64,000 nt of DNA from Lobosporangium transversale (lineage: Eukaryota). Numbering within the stretch: the stretch's first letter is position 1; the number at the start of each line of letters is the position of its first letter. The notes beneath the pieces were generated by a model that had not been told where the DNA came from, made no database searches, and saw only the letters and a program-made list of their open reading frames with translations. A program made the translations under genes and the position numbers. Positions 1-12,522 of the stretch are shown here, in pieces. Location of the stretch: positions 434,001 through 498,000 of the forward strand of contig NW_019028990.1 in NCBI RefSeq assembly GCF_002105155.1, read 5' to 3'.

Positions 1-191
1 GTCTGTGAGTAAGGCTGTTGTTGCCGTTGTTGCTGCTGCAGTTGTTGTTGGTCTTGTGCCTGAGTCACCTGTACCATATCACTGTAAAAGTTCTGTTGCT
101 GTTCCTGTGAAGCCGTTGAGTTATGTCCATTGGAGGGTTTAGGAGGAGGGATGGGCCCACTTTGGACATTGGATGAAACACTTGCTGCCAT
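1..191 (-). CDS. 5' end of an unknown Q/P-rich protein gene running off the window
   Basis: ATG at 191 opens MAASVSSNVQSGPIPPPKPSNGHNSTASQEQQQNFYSDMVQVTQAQDQQQLQQQQ with no stop before base 1. Confidence 0.6.
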   Translation of the reverse strand, partial: MAASVSSNVQSGPIPPPKPSNGHNSTASQEQQQNFYSDMVQVTQAQDQQQLQQQQRQQQPYSQ

Positions 192-230
192 CACGAAGGG
201 ACTATAAATGGATGGATGAAATCGAGGATG

Positions 231-231
231 A

Positions 232-271
<40 letters not shown>

Positions 272-272
272 A
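231..272. repeat. (AAAG)n microsatellite
   Basis: About 10 tandem AAAG units, seen directly. Confidence 0.9.
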
Positions 273-716
273 AAGCGAAAAAGAAAAAGCAGAATGGAGG
301 AGAGATGGGGAATGAGAAGAGAATGAAAAAATGCTAAATAAATAGATATAACGAAAGATATAAACAAATCAAAAGGCACAGTTTGGAGTGGATTATGCAC
401 AATCACCAACAATCCAAATCCTTATTTAAATTCACATCCATACGCATTCATTCATATTTAAATATACATATATATATATATATATATCACTTACTCTTTT
501 CTCTCTTTCACTTACTCTCTCTCTCTTTTTACAATTAGTTGGATGTATCAATTGCCAATATTCATAGCTTTGGACAGCAAGAGATAAAAAAAGAGCAAAA
601 TAAACGAGCGCACCTGTTGGATCATTGATCGCTCCGTTGTTCTTTTTCATTTTATCGTTGCCTTAAATAAACGTCTCCAATTATATTGCATCTTTCGTAA
701 AAATACAAAATGTAGG

Positions 717-1342
717 CTCGTCACCAGCCAGCCTGAGGACGAAGTTCACGTGCACATGCACGTACTCAAAGGCAAATGTGGCTTGCTCTTGCAGACACTT
801 CTCTCTCAGGCTGGGGACCAAGCTTGACATTTTGGCTGGAGGTCTCTTTTTTTAAATTTGAAAAAGTTTCCAAGTCGAAAACACGCCGCAGGAAAGGCTC
901 TTTTTTTCTGCCATTCTCGCTGCAGAAAATGGCTTTTTTTTTTTTTTCAAAGTCCAGACTAGGATATTGATTTGATCGAGAACGAACGAGGAATGAGAAA
1001 AAAGAATGGTATATTTCGCGTAAAAAGAGTCATCATGCTCTAATTAATCAATTATTTACCTTTAATTAAGATAGTGTGCTTAATAAGGTCAGAGAGATGG
1101 AAACGAGGATTGTGGAGTAGATCAAATGTTAGAATAATAAAATGTTAGAATAATAGATGGCAATGCAGATGATGGAAACAAGAGACGATTGGTAAAAATG
1201 AGGCTAGTGATTTGGGTGTGTGTGTAGGACCGTTTAAAAAGCGCCATCCGTTTGTCAAAAGGGCAAGTGGATAGTGATGGCTTCGTTCATAAAGGATGAA
1301 CGATTGTAAAGGATACTCAATAGATGTGGTATTTTCATTACA
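717..1342. repeat. Direct repeat (partner 7139-7658) containing CRN 3'-flank sequence
   Basis: CTCGTCACCAGCC...GGTATTTTCATTACA occurs at both sites with small indels. Confidence 0.9.
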
Positions 1343-1359
1343 GACAAAATTCCTTTCAC

Positions 1360-1770
1360 TTGATTGACATTCGACTCTTTTCTTCATGCTTGAACCTCGG
1401 CGATCCTCCTGCATATGCGGTATTGATGCGAGTTTTTATGACATGCTGTCCCGCATGTTTTAAATATCTAGGTGTTGCCTTAACACTCTGATCGTTGTTG
1501 ATAACGAGCTCCTAAACTTTAAGCTTGACGTGTATGTCGCCTGGGACCATGGAACGGAGGAATGTGATATTGTCACTTTTCTCCGAGGTTTGATCGGTTT
1601 CTCTTCAAGCATGATCCAGTAAACATTATCAATCATCTCCTTGAATGATGCTTGCTTGATCGGATGCTCCTCTGATGTGACCTGGAATGGCTTGTCGGGC
1701 CCCAACACACAACTTATGGATGGAAAGATAGGAATAGACAATAGAAACAACTTGCCACTTGCTTGAGAAA
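1360..1770 (-). pseudogene. Decayed 3' end (REase region) of a CRN paralog
   Basis: GPDKPFQVTSEEHPIKQASFKEMID matches GPNKLFQVTVSEEHPIKQAPFKKIID of the intact gene; 3' flanks also align (1260 vs 4250). Confidence 0.85.
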
Positions 1771-1899
1771 ATTCTGATGCAGCTGCGGCAATCCGCTTGG
1801 TGTGCTCACTTCTCCTTGCTCAGGTTTATTGAATAGCGATATTTTAATTTATCTATTAGTGCTATATTACAAAACTGTGTCTGTGCCATTGTCATAAAC

Positions 1900-4200
1900 A
1901 ATGGCGAGTAAAAAGAAGTAAAAGAAGCGATCGCTACTTTTTCCTTGGTCCCTTATCCCCGCTTGACCTATTGGGCTTGTCGTCCTCCGCTTGCACTTTT
2001 TCTTTTATTTGATCCGCTGGGTTTGCTCAGCTCTTCCTTATTTTCCATAGCTGTAGCTTTATCGACAATTCACTTGATGTCCTCCTTGCCTGTGGTTCTT
2101 TGGGCTTGCTTCCTTCTCCCTCATCCCCCACAACTCGGGTCAATTCTGACTTCTTGAAGGACTCCCTTGCACTTTCAAGGAAGTTCAACAAGCTAATATT
2201 GAGTACGTCGTTTCTATTCGTTTGTCTTTGATGACAGGGGCTTCTTTGACTTTAGCTACTGAATAATCGCCCTGTTCGTGATAAGACAACATGATAAGGC
2301 AGCGTGATAAGTAAGGCCTAAACAACAGCAACAAGGATATGCCATTCGAGCAAAAGCCGAGAGAAGACGGTGATGAGAGGTGTTCTTTGATGCAATTATG
2401 GCAAGTTGTATTGTGGGCATCCTTAATTCTTGACCTTATCGCCGATTTTTGACTGTACGGAACCAGGATAATATTTACCCTCCGATTCCAGTACAAAGAC
2501 GATATCTGGTCCAGATGGGTTCTCTTTTGGAAACAAAAAAGAGCGAGATTAACTTGGATTCATGTATTGAGTCTTTGTTACATTGAGTATCCAAGAATTC
2601 GTTCATTGTTATAATTCTGGAAGATTGAAATTAACAAAGCGGGACTGAAATACTCAAAATGTGTGCCCTTTGTGCCAGACGTAGGGGCGTCTAGCAACAC
2701 ACTATTAACCAATTTAACCAATCAAGGGTCATCCACTTCAAACAAGTTAATTGCTGCTATAAATGCTATTGGCTCAACGATTATTGTAAACTCCTTCTTC
2801 CTTTGATTAACGACAATTCGAGCAAACGAAGCCTCGACCGGAACAGGCTCATTGTACTCCAATATCAAGTCTTTACTATATAGTAATCTATTCATTCTTT
2901 ACGGCTCGACCGAAGGTTTCCCTGATGTCGACAGTGGTTTTAATTCCTGCATCCCCTTTGTTAATACGCTTCAGAATCCTAGATTACTCATGGCATAGGT
3001 TACCAGATTCTTTATATCCTGGATCAGTGAGCGACCACACCAGGCCCTTGATTTCTTGCTTCCAAAGGCCTGCATCGGCACGTCCAATGACGCTCTCTAT
3101 TATAGTGATCATTGGACGGAGACGACCACAGGACCAAGCATATAGCATCTCGATTGCTTGATCATTAAAATGGCCTCTCCGCTTTGATGCAGAGCTTGAG
3201 TGACTTTATTTCTCCAAATATCGCACAAGTGTCTTGAAGTATGTCCGGACTTTTGCTTGATTATCCCATCTAGGAAACGATACTGCACTCTTGAACCTCG
3301 AGTCATCGAGAACTTCTCGATATTCCTTGAAGCTTTGCCAGTTCTCTTAACCCAAGCAGGATCATAAATACAAAAGCCTATCCCGCAAGGAACTATGCAA
3401 ATTCGTGGTAAATCCTCTGATAAGCCCTCCAATCCATGAAAGAATGCTGATAATATTGGTCGCATAGTGTCGTCGTTATTAATAAACTGGTATTTAGCCT
3501 CCCCTCCCCACATCCTGCGCCTCGTTCAAAACAACCAAAAACATAGAGTTGCTTTGATGCCGCTCCGAAAGGACCCTGATTAGATTGTCGAACCAATCTT
3601 GCAGGAGCTTGTCAAGGCAATTAAAGCCAACTCCACCAAGCAATTCTGCTACTTTTGTGAAGAACGCTAGGAATAAATCTGTCCTGGATGGAACCGAGTT
3701 TCCTCAATGGACTTCTCCAAGGACCTGTGGACACACTTGCAATAGCATCCATTGGCTAGGCGTCATTCTACCTTCGGACAAGTAAAAAGGGTAAATTGGC
3801 CGAACATACAACTAATATGATCTCATTGGCCACAGGTTGCCATCCCGTGCACGCGCACCATGGGGCTAAAACGACATTTATGTCTTTAGAGTGGAGCTGT
3901 CATCCTAGCTCCCGGTAAACGTTTTGGCGCCCTGGATGATGATAATTGATAGGTCTTTCGCAAGTGGCAAGCATCCAGATGACAAAGCATACGAGAAAGG
4001 ATAATTTCCTATGCCAGCTGTCCTGGTGATAATAATATGGTTTTGGGTCTCATCATCAGACTCTCACTGGGTTCTCCACAGGATTCTTCATCTCTATCCG
4101 TTTTTACAAAACTCTTTGATAATAGTATCACAAAATCCTGCCTTTTCTTGCACACAAGATCGCATAATGATCACAGCTTTATAAAGTTCTAAATGCCCCA
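1900..4200 (-). pseudogene. Fragmented CRN-like pseudogene(s)
   Basis: Near 4030-3960, frameshifted IT(R)TAGIG/KLSFLVCFVIWMLA resembles VTGTPGIGKSAFLVYFAIRLLA. 3780-3100 carries TPSQWMLLQVCP, RPILSAFFHGL and IVPCGIGFCIYD, recalled from another fungal CRN NTPase type. Many stops. Confidence 0.6.
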
Positions 4201-4368
4201 GTAGAAGGGAGGACGGATTAAACCGCTCTATTTATTCGTCTAGAAGGTAAGTGGATAATGATGGCTTCATTCATAAAGAATGAACCATTGTAAAAATTTC
4301 TCAAGGAATGGGTATAATGCTTTTTTTTAAAAAAAGACAAAATTTCATCCACTTGATTGCTATTCGAT

Positions 4369-6849
4369 TTAATTCTTCAGATTCGTACCGGCTGATCCTC
4401 CTGAATATGCAGCTTCGATGTCGATTTTTATGACACGCTGTCTTACATGTTTCAAGTATCCAGGTATTGCCTTGGCATCCTGACTATCGTTAATAACAAA
4501 CTTCTGAACCTTAAAATTATCATATATGTAACCTGGTACCACAAAATAGAGGAAAATAGTATCATCACTTCCCTTCGACTTTGATCGGTCTCCCTTCGAC
4601 TTTGATTGGTCTCCCTTCAAGCAGGGTCCAGTAATATAATCAATTATCTTCTTGAATGGTGCTTGCTTGATCGGATGCTCCTCTGATACTGTGACCTGAA
4701 ATAGCTTGTTGGGTCCCCATGCAAAATCAATGCACGGAAATTTAGAATGTTCTGGTACAAACAACTTGCCAGCTGCTTGAGTGAGCCCTGATAATTCCTC
4801 TGAAGTCCGGATAAACACCTCTTCTGGATTTGCTGGAAAATCAAGAACTCCTGTTTCACCTGACTGGAGATCCCTAAAGGGAAATCTAATATCACCACGT
4901 CGAAATAAGTGATAAGCATAGATTTCAAACAGTGGGCCTTTAGCTATATCCTTTCCGCCTATGACAAGTCTCGCCAACACATCGACCCAAGTGCTATCTT
5001 TTATTTTGTCCATAATCTGTGATTCGACCCAACGAGATGCCCACACCAGGTGGAAGTGGAGGTGGTCAGAAGTAGGAACTCTATGGAGTAAACGACTAAA
5101 TCCACTCGCATCTTTTCCTCGTGCAAAGAGCCTTAGAAGATCTGCTGGTTTCTTGAGTGTACTAATGGCATCATTGACGCGGAATAACGCAACTTCTTTA
5201 GCACGCCCAGTATTATTTTGATTTTTGGATAGTACATTGGCTGGACACTGTAGAACCTGTCTTGGCACGCCCCCCAAGTAGTAAAAAAGCTCCTCCAAAA
5301 ATGCTTCACTCACTACATGAAAAAACTTTACATTGGCTCTACATTCCTTAAGCTCATCCAGACTCCAGAGTGACATGTGATAGTAGCTTTCTGGTGTATT
5401 TTCCTTGGTGAGTTCATCGTAATGCCCATAGAGAGTTCTTGGCGATGCTGAAAATATCGTCCTGGCTTTACCTGGTTGAGGATTTTCACCACTATCAACT
5501 AAATACCACGTTTCACGTTGCTCAAGGAAATTTTTGAAATCTACTCTCTCCCCATAACGTTGGCAAGTTGTTCCTCCGTAGGCATAACATTTGGTATTCT
5601 GCTTCTCTTGGAAAATAATAATCGGTGGATTTTCCTCATCGTGTTCGGCAAGGAGGCGGATGGCAAAATAGACCAAAAAGGCTGACTTCCCAATTCCAGG
5701 CGTTCCAGTGACAAAGAGTCGGTTCAAACGAGTTACTTCATGAGGGGTACTTAATTCGGATGTAATATGGTCATAAAGCTCTTTATACTCATCTCTGATA
5801 TAAAGATGCCTTGTTTTAGCAATAGGGAAGATACAACCCTCAGGAGCAGTCAATATTTTGGAGCCCTTGATACCACCAGAATTTCGGAGCTCGCGAGCCA
5901 CGCTAATAATGCTGTAGTAACAATCATCTACTGGTAGCCCCCTCATGTACGAAAGCGCCTTGACCCTCTCTTTCGAGTTTAGACGCGAGATGGCAGGGCT
6001 ACCATTCACTATCCCTTTCGTTACAAGCCCTGCTTCTGTAATCGCATCCATAAGAGGATCTCTACTTATACTTGGACGAGCTTTTTTAGAGGGTGACTCT
6101 GATAAAGGAGATAGAGTGATCAAAGTCAATATTTTTGATTTATTGCATATCACTCTAAAATGATCAATAACCAGATTCTCGGCCAAAAGCACTCACCAGA
6201 ATCTCCATCTTGTTTTCTTTTCTGAGCTAAGTATCAAAAGCGAATAATGAGAAAGAACGTTGAGTTATCAAGACACAAACCAAATGGTGATATTATGCAC
6301 ATGGCCGTTTAAGATACAAACCAAGCTTCATCAGCTGGAAATATCAACAATCAGTCCATCAAGAGCCAAGGATATACCTCGCTGTGGTGGCTTGACAAAA
6401 ACATGGATAGTTTTCCTTGGAAGTTCAGAATTAAGTATCTCCCAAAGCTCCATTGACGCGGGTGCGAGAGCCTCTTTTGACTCGATTTCTGACTCGACGA
6501 CGGTCTTGTCTTCGTCAGGGATGGAGACCTTGTAGAGGGTGAGCTGGTCAGCGTCAATATCCTTAAATGCATTGGCTTTCTCTGCTTTGATGGCTTGCTT
6601 GAGTATCCCGACCGATTTATCGCAGAAAATCTCTACTGGGAACGACGTTGCTTCTCCCTCGACAACGCAGTTCAGCAGTAGCAGTGGGATGGCGCGCTTT
6701 TTTCGTTGTGGGTGCTGGTTTACTCTTTTTCGTTTATTGAGTGTGGAGGCATCCTCAGGCTTATTTGCAGTCATTTTTATTTGTGCTTGGCTCTCTGTGG
6801 AATCATTTGCAGCCATGTTTTTTTGTGTTGAGCTCCTTGTGGTGGCCAT
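4369..6849 (-). CDS. Crinkler (CRN) family protein: Ubl header + P-loop NTPase + PD-(D/E)xK-type nuclease, ~743 aa; exons 6849-6378, 6226-6197, 6098-4369
   Basis: Header LNCVVEGEATSFPVEI...LKQAIK...LTLYKV...IHVFVKPP; Walker A GTPGIGKS; Walker B WYLVD; FE...PCIDF...LFQVTVSEEHPIK; GT-AG introns join in frame. Confidence 0.88.
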
Positions 6850-7138
6850 TGAAAATTAAGATGAGTGGGACTGAGTGTGGTTGAAATGCAGGGAGAATGA
6901 TGGTTAAATAGGCGAAGGTATATTCTATACTCTTTCACACTCGTGGTCGCTGTATGAAAACTAAAATGAAAAATGTGTAAGGCAAAATAAAAAAAAAAAG
7001 GAAAGGAAAGATAAATTTGTTCCTTTATTTCAAGGTTAGGCTTGCGTGAGAAAATATTTTTTTCAAATCAGCCACGTGCCATTTTCTGGGTCATTGTGAC
7101 GTGACAATCTTTAGTGCGCAAAGAACTCATTTCTCAGT

Positions 7139-7658
7139 CTCGTCACCAGCCTGAGGACGAAGTTCATGTGCACATGCACAGGCTGGGACCAAACTTGACA
7201 TTTTGGCTGGAGGTCTCTTTTTTAAATTTGAAAAAATTCCAAGTCGGACATACCGCGGGAAAGGCTCTCTTTTTTCTGCCATTCTCGCCGCAGAACATTG
7301 ATTTGATTGAGAACGAACGAGGAATGAGAAAAAAGAATGGTATATTTCGCGTAAAAAGAGTCATCATGCTCTAATTAATCAACTAATTACCTTTAATTAA
7401 GATAGTGTGCTTAATAAGGCCAGAGAGATGGAAACGAGAATTGTTGAATAGATTCAAATGTTAGAATAAGAGATGGCAATGCAGATGATGGAAACAAGAG
7501 ATGATTGGTAAAAATGAGGCTAGTGATTTGGGTGTGTGTGTAGGACCGATTAAAAAGCGCCATCCGTTTGTCAAAAGGGCAAGTGGATAGTGATGGCTTC
7601 GTTCATAAAGGATGAGCGATTGTAAAGGATACTCAATAGATATGGTATTTTCATTACA
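7139..7658. repeat. Direct repeat (partner 717-1342)
   Basis: Aligns with 717-1342 and with 45711-46325. Confidence 0.9.
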
Positions 7659-8072
7659 TGATCATCCCTTGAGAATAAATAAATTATCGAAATGTTTTAC
7701 GAAACAGATCAAGGACATCAAGAATTGTATGTTTGTTGCATCTTCGTATGGGAACTCGCCATCATAAATATAACTTTACAAAAAAGCAACGCTTTTTTTC
7801 TGCTTCCTAAGATAGAAGCAAACGAGCACACAATCCTAAAGGCATCAATGCTGCATGCCTGCTGAAGGAGTAAAACGCAAATTCCAATAATGAACATCAT
7901 GCTCGCTAAACTGTGCACAAAAGATGCCATTGATATGGGTGATGGTGACCATCCTTTAAACAATCTAAATATATATTATTATTTCTCTTACAAAAAAAAA
8001 AATAAAAAATAAAAAATAAAAAAATAAAGCTATTTGTTATCCCACTTGATTTTTTTTTTTTTTTTTTTTTTT

Positions 8073-8909
8073 TTAGTTCTTGATGGCGTACTTCATCTTT
8101 CCGTGGTCATTGATCACGCAGATGTGATCAAGGTCCCGGAAGTATTCATTGTAGTCAAGAGCATATCCAACAACAAAGGCATTTGGGATAGCAAATCCAA
8201 CATATTCGGGAATATATCCGTTTGACAAAGGAGTCTTCTTGATCAACAGCGATGCCACTTTGACCGATTCTGGTGAATATTGCTTCAACTTTTGCAAAAG
8301 CTGGACCATAGTCTTTCCAGTGTCAATGATATCCTCAACAATCAATATGTTCTATTTGTCATGAAATTTGAATAATAAAAAAAAAAAAAAAAAAAAAATA
8401 GTGTAGGCCAATTAGGATTAAGATATAACGATTCGTGTTGCAAGTGAAGCACAATCTATGCTTGCCACTTCCTTCTACTTTTTTTTTTTTTTTTTTTTTT
8501 TTTCTGTTTACAAAAAAAGAAGGTAAAGTACCTTTCCCTGGAACTCCTGGCATTCCTCCTCTGTTAATGATAACTTGACTTCTCCAGAGGTCTCTCCGCT
8601 ATAACTCTTAACCTTGATGAACTCTAGGCTCAAGGGAACAGTCTTCCCTCCACGAGTGACATTCTTCTTGATATAGTTGACAAGATCAGCAAAGAATTGG
8701 TGACCTCCCTTAAGAACACAGCAGACAACAAGAGGACCCGTTGCTTCCTGAACAATCAACTTGGCCAACTTTTCAACTCTGTCCATGATCACGCCGTGAG
8801 GGATCAACACACTCTCGAGAGCATCCTCATAGTGATCAGGAATCACGAAATGGTCAAGGGAATATTGAAATGACTCAGTGTTGATGTCGATCCACTTCTT
8901 CTGTTCCAT
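8073..8909 (-). CDS. HPRT1: Hypoxanthine-guanine phosphoribosyltransferase; exons 8909-8532, 8351-8073
   Basis: [17 protein letters not shown] motif [27 protein letters not shown]. Confidence 0.95.
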
Positions 8910-9184
8910 GGCTGTACTTTTGTTGAAAGATGATAGGAAGAAGGAGAAAGGAGAGGAAAAGGAAAAAGGAGAGTAGGAGAGAAAATAAAAGGAACGGCCC
9001 GAAGGTTAATGGGACATGAGTGAAAAACTGTCTCACACTCACAAAGCAACAAACAATTTTTTTTTTTTTTTTTATTAAAACGTGCGTTCAAGTAAAATGT
9101 TTGACTGCTAAAAGTAAAAAGGAACGGCGGACCTTAAGGGTCCCAGGATGAAGTCAAAACTTTGCTTAGTTTGCTGGACAATTT

Positions 9185-10062
9185 CTATGAACATACTTCA
9201 TATTCACTGAACTCATCCCACAGCTTTTCAAACTGCGCCTTGAAGGCCCGTACAGCTTTGCCAGAGTTGGTGAGAGTCAAGTCCTCACGGTTATGGAAGC
9301 GAGCTCCTTTAGTCCAGTTATACGACCCACTGATCACTAACGCATCGTCAATCACCGCAAACTTATGGTGCATATGCGATACACTTAAGAAAGAAAGCAG
9401 CTGTTAATGATACATTCCAAAAAATAGACATTAATACTTTTTTCATCCTCTCCGTCTTACCTGCCATCGACACGTGCTGGGATATTGTACTCTCTTGCCA
9501 ATCGCTTCACATCCGAGCCTTGGTCGTCAGACTTACAAAATACATAAAAATGGAAATAAGCGACAAAACTAAAACTGTTCCTTCCCTGCGAAAGGTTTCA
9601 AATGCATATAACATACCTTATCATCGTCTGTGATAATACGGACACTGACTCCTCGTTCGTGCGCCCGCGCGACTGCTGCAGTGATCTGGTCGTCTGTGAT
9701 AGTAAAGACACAGATGTCCAAAGACTTCTTCGCATTGTCCAATGTCCGGATCAAGTTGACAAAATTTTCCTCAGATGGAAAAAACACTGGACTGACAAAG
9801 ACTCTACTCTTCGGTTTTTCTGGATCATCATCGTCATCTTCAGAATCTTGATCATCACGACTGTCATGATGGTGGTGCTCAATACGAATATGAGTACTAC
9901 GAGTGATTCTCTTCACCCTATTATTATCATCGTCATCATCATCTTTTTGTCCAGGTGAAATTGGTGGAGTCGAGGGTCCATCTCTACTTTCACGACTCTT
10001 GATCATTGATTCGAGCCAAGAAATCTTGAAATAGGGAAATAAAAGAGAGAGAGAGAAGGAAG

Positions 10063-10098
<36 letters not shown>

Positions 10099-10389
10099 AC
10101 ATTGATTGAGCGAACATAGAATTCCTTCTTACGATATAATCTGTTACTATAACTGTGTTCTTGAGCACAATGTATTATCGAAAAGGGAGGGAGCAAACTA
10201 TTGCCATACCACTTCTCGATCATGATCGCTCGATGCTGAATCTCGAGCAGTATCAAACAATTGGCTGAGTGATGATGAAGACCCATGTTCCTGAACACGA
10301 CTTTCGAAAACAGATATAAGTTTTCGTGCGATGCTGCTCTCCACTTTGTTCACAGATTCCCTCACGATAGAAGAATAGTCGATACTCAT
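9185..10389 (-). CDS. Single-HKD phospholipase D/nuclease (PLD6/Zucchini/Nuc-like), about 4 exons
   Basis: SLDICVFTITDD, RGVSVRIITDDDK, HHKFAVID...GSYNWT...NREDL. Confidence 0.88.
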
Positions 10390-10599
10390 TGCTGGATAGA
10401 AGGTTAACTTGGAGAGAAAGTGAGAGATGGTTATTCTGTTAAGGCGAAGAAAAGAAAAGTCTCGATGGCGTGTGAGAAAAAGAGAGAAGAGAGAACAATC
10501 CAATTGGCATGCTCCAATATATTTTGTTGTCAGTGCACTCTTTCATAATTTATTATTTCACGCTAAAAGAACAAAGCAATTCCGAACTTTGTGATATGA

Positions 10600-11340
10600 G
10601 TGTCCAATCTACCCTTACCTACTACTGAACATTATTAAAGCCAATGGGAACCAACTTACAGTTGCTTTATGTTTGAAGGGATTGGCCCTCAGCGATAAGG
10701 AAGCGTGCGACGATATCCTAGATAAGTTGGCATGTGAAATCACTGCAATTTTCTAGTGTCCACTAGTCTTGTTCTTGGTCTTATATTCCATTCCGCAGCA
10801 TTAACGAGACCCTTTCTCAGCTGCTGATGACAAGGAGACTAATGACTATGGAGAGGCTACTGCTCGCTTGGAGAAGCGGTCAGGGTCGGACTGGGCCAGC
10901 GATACCACATACTATACCATGTACAAGCATCATTATAATCATTCTCGGTGATTTCACTGACCTTAGTGTATGCTAGTAGTCAACAGCAGCCAGGGCAGCA
11001 ATCCACTGCCTCGTCATTCATGGGCTCTTTAATTAACATGGTGTTGTAGCAGCTTACTGTGGAGTGCGGCAAATTTAGACGGACCCTATGTGAGCAAGGA
11101 CGCTTCTCGCAAGGCGACTTCATTACATATGAAGTGTACAATGCTTGGCCCTTCACAACTTCCTCCAAGGTGGGAGGGACTAGAGACCCAACACTTTCGG
11201 CTATCACCAGCCGGTCTGCTGAGGAAAACAGCATACGCAAAATATAGCATAAGATTAAATGTTACAACACGAAAAAGATGCACTAGATTGAGCTGTCGCT
11301 CCAGGGTAAAGAACACGATCAAACTGGAGCACTGCGTCAC
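10600..11340 (+). mobile_element. Possible decayed non-LTR retroelement (APE endonuclease) fragment
   Basis: IIIILGDFT near 10930-10960 resembles the APE IIxGDFN motif; coding-like composition with many stops; weak. Confidence 0.3.
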
Positions 11341-12091
11341 GTGACAAGCACACGGGCTCCATCATGAAGTGCGTAGGCAGTTAATTACAGAAGTTTTCGA
11401 GGTTAGTACTTTGGAAATAGATAAATAACTGAGAATTGCAGTGAAGGTCCCATATCCTTTCTCATTTATCTTTGGCTCCCGATACCCACGTTACTTGACC
11501 CATTGTATATTTTTCAATTGTAGCCCTATGAATATAAAGTAATGCCTTTCAGGTGCATTCCCAAACATCTAGGCACAGTAGTAGACCTATAAAGCTGCCT
11601 TAACTATAATGCTACATTCATCATTGAACAGGGCTATTCTAGCGTTTTTGTCACTGTCATTTGCTGCTAGATTTTCAATATGTTTAAATAAGTTTTCATT
11701 AAGGCCGAATATTCGAGAGAAGGTTATCAACCCCTTCTTGGCTCTGGGGTGAAGCCTTCTTGTTCTTGATTGTCTCTAGATATTTAAGGCGCACAATGAT
11801 GGCTGATGGATTCAAAAAATTGCATTCCCTCAAAACATAGCGAAGGGGAGTATCAATAAGTTAGTATATTGATATATCAATGTAGTGTCATAAACGGAGC
11901 AGAGTGGTTAGCGTTGGTCCTTTCTTATGTTCATCTACATTGCCTACCACATCGGTCTTTTTTCTTTTTCTTTTTTTTCATCATTTCATTTTGGTTCTCC
12001 TCCTTTTTTACTCCCTCTACTTTTGCTCTTCCCATATTTGCTTTTTACTCTTGATTGCAATTTGCCAAATACCCTTCAGCACACTTCAACC

Positions 12092-12522
12092 ATGGCCGCC
12101 GTAATAAATCTCTTGTGCATTGTTGATGGGGAGTCAACGGCGTTTCCAGTGGATATCCTCCCGGGGAAGTCCATCTGCATTCTAAAGAGGAGAATTAAGG
12201 ATGAGAAGCATCCAGAGTTTGCGGACATCTCATCTAGAAGGCTTGTGCTCTGGCATGTTTCCCTTCCTGAGGATGGTAATCAAGTCAATCTTGACGATAT
12301 ACATATGAAGAGAGAAATCTCCAAGGAAACAAGACACGTCTCAGATATATTTGGCGCAAAAGCACCAGGAGGAGGCACTATCCATATCATTGTCAAGCGG
12401 CCCCAAGATAAGGTACTAACCTTTGGATGTATCTATACGGAATTATTGATGAGCGAATGGTCTTGATTAGTCAAGCTTTCGCCACTTTTTCTTTTTCTTA
12501 TTATTATTAGGTTCTATTGTAA
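12092..12522 (+). CDS. CRN Ubl header-only gene or truncated CRN (exon 12092-12412, intron 12413-12510, stop at 12522)
   Basis: LLCIVDGESTAFPVDI...LKRRIK...LVLWHV...IHIIVKRP; the spliced frame ends VLL*. Confidence 0.7.

Larger units (their letters stand above)
389..7123. repeat. Segmental duplication copy A (CRN cassette), direct repeat of 45405-51662
   Basis: Near-identical sequence from TGGATTATGCAC to TTAGTGCGCAAAG in both places; the ORF track is duplicated. Confidence 0.97.

Noticed and set aside
717..7658. LTR retrotransposon suggested by long direct repeats
   Set aside because: No TG...CA termini, PBS/PPT or gag/pol; the repeats include CRN 3'-flank sequence.
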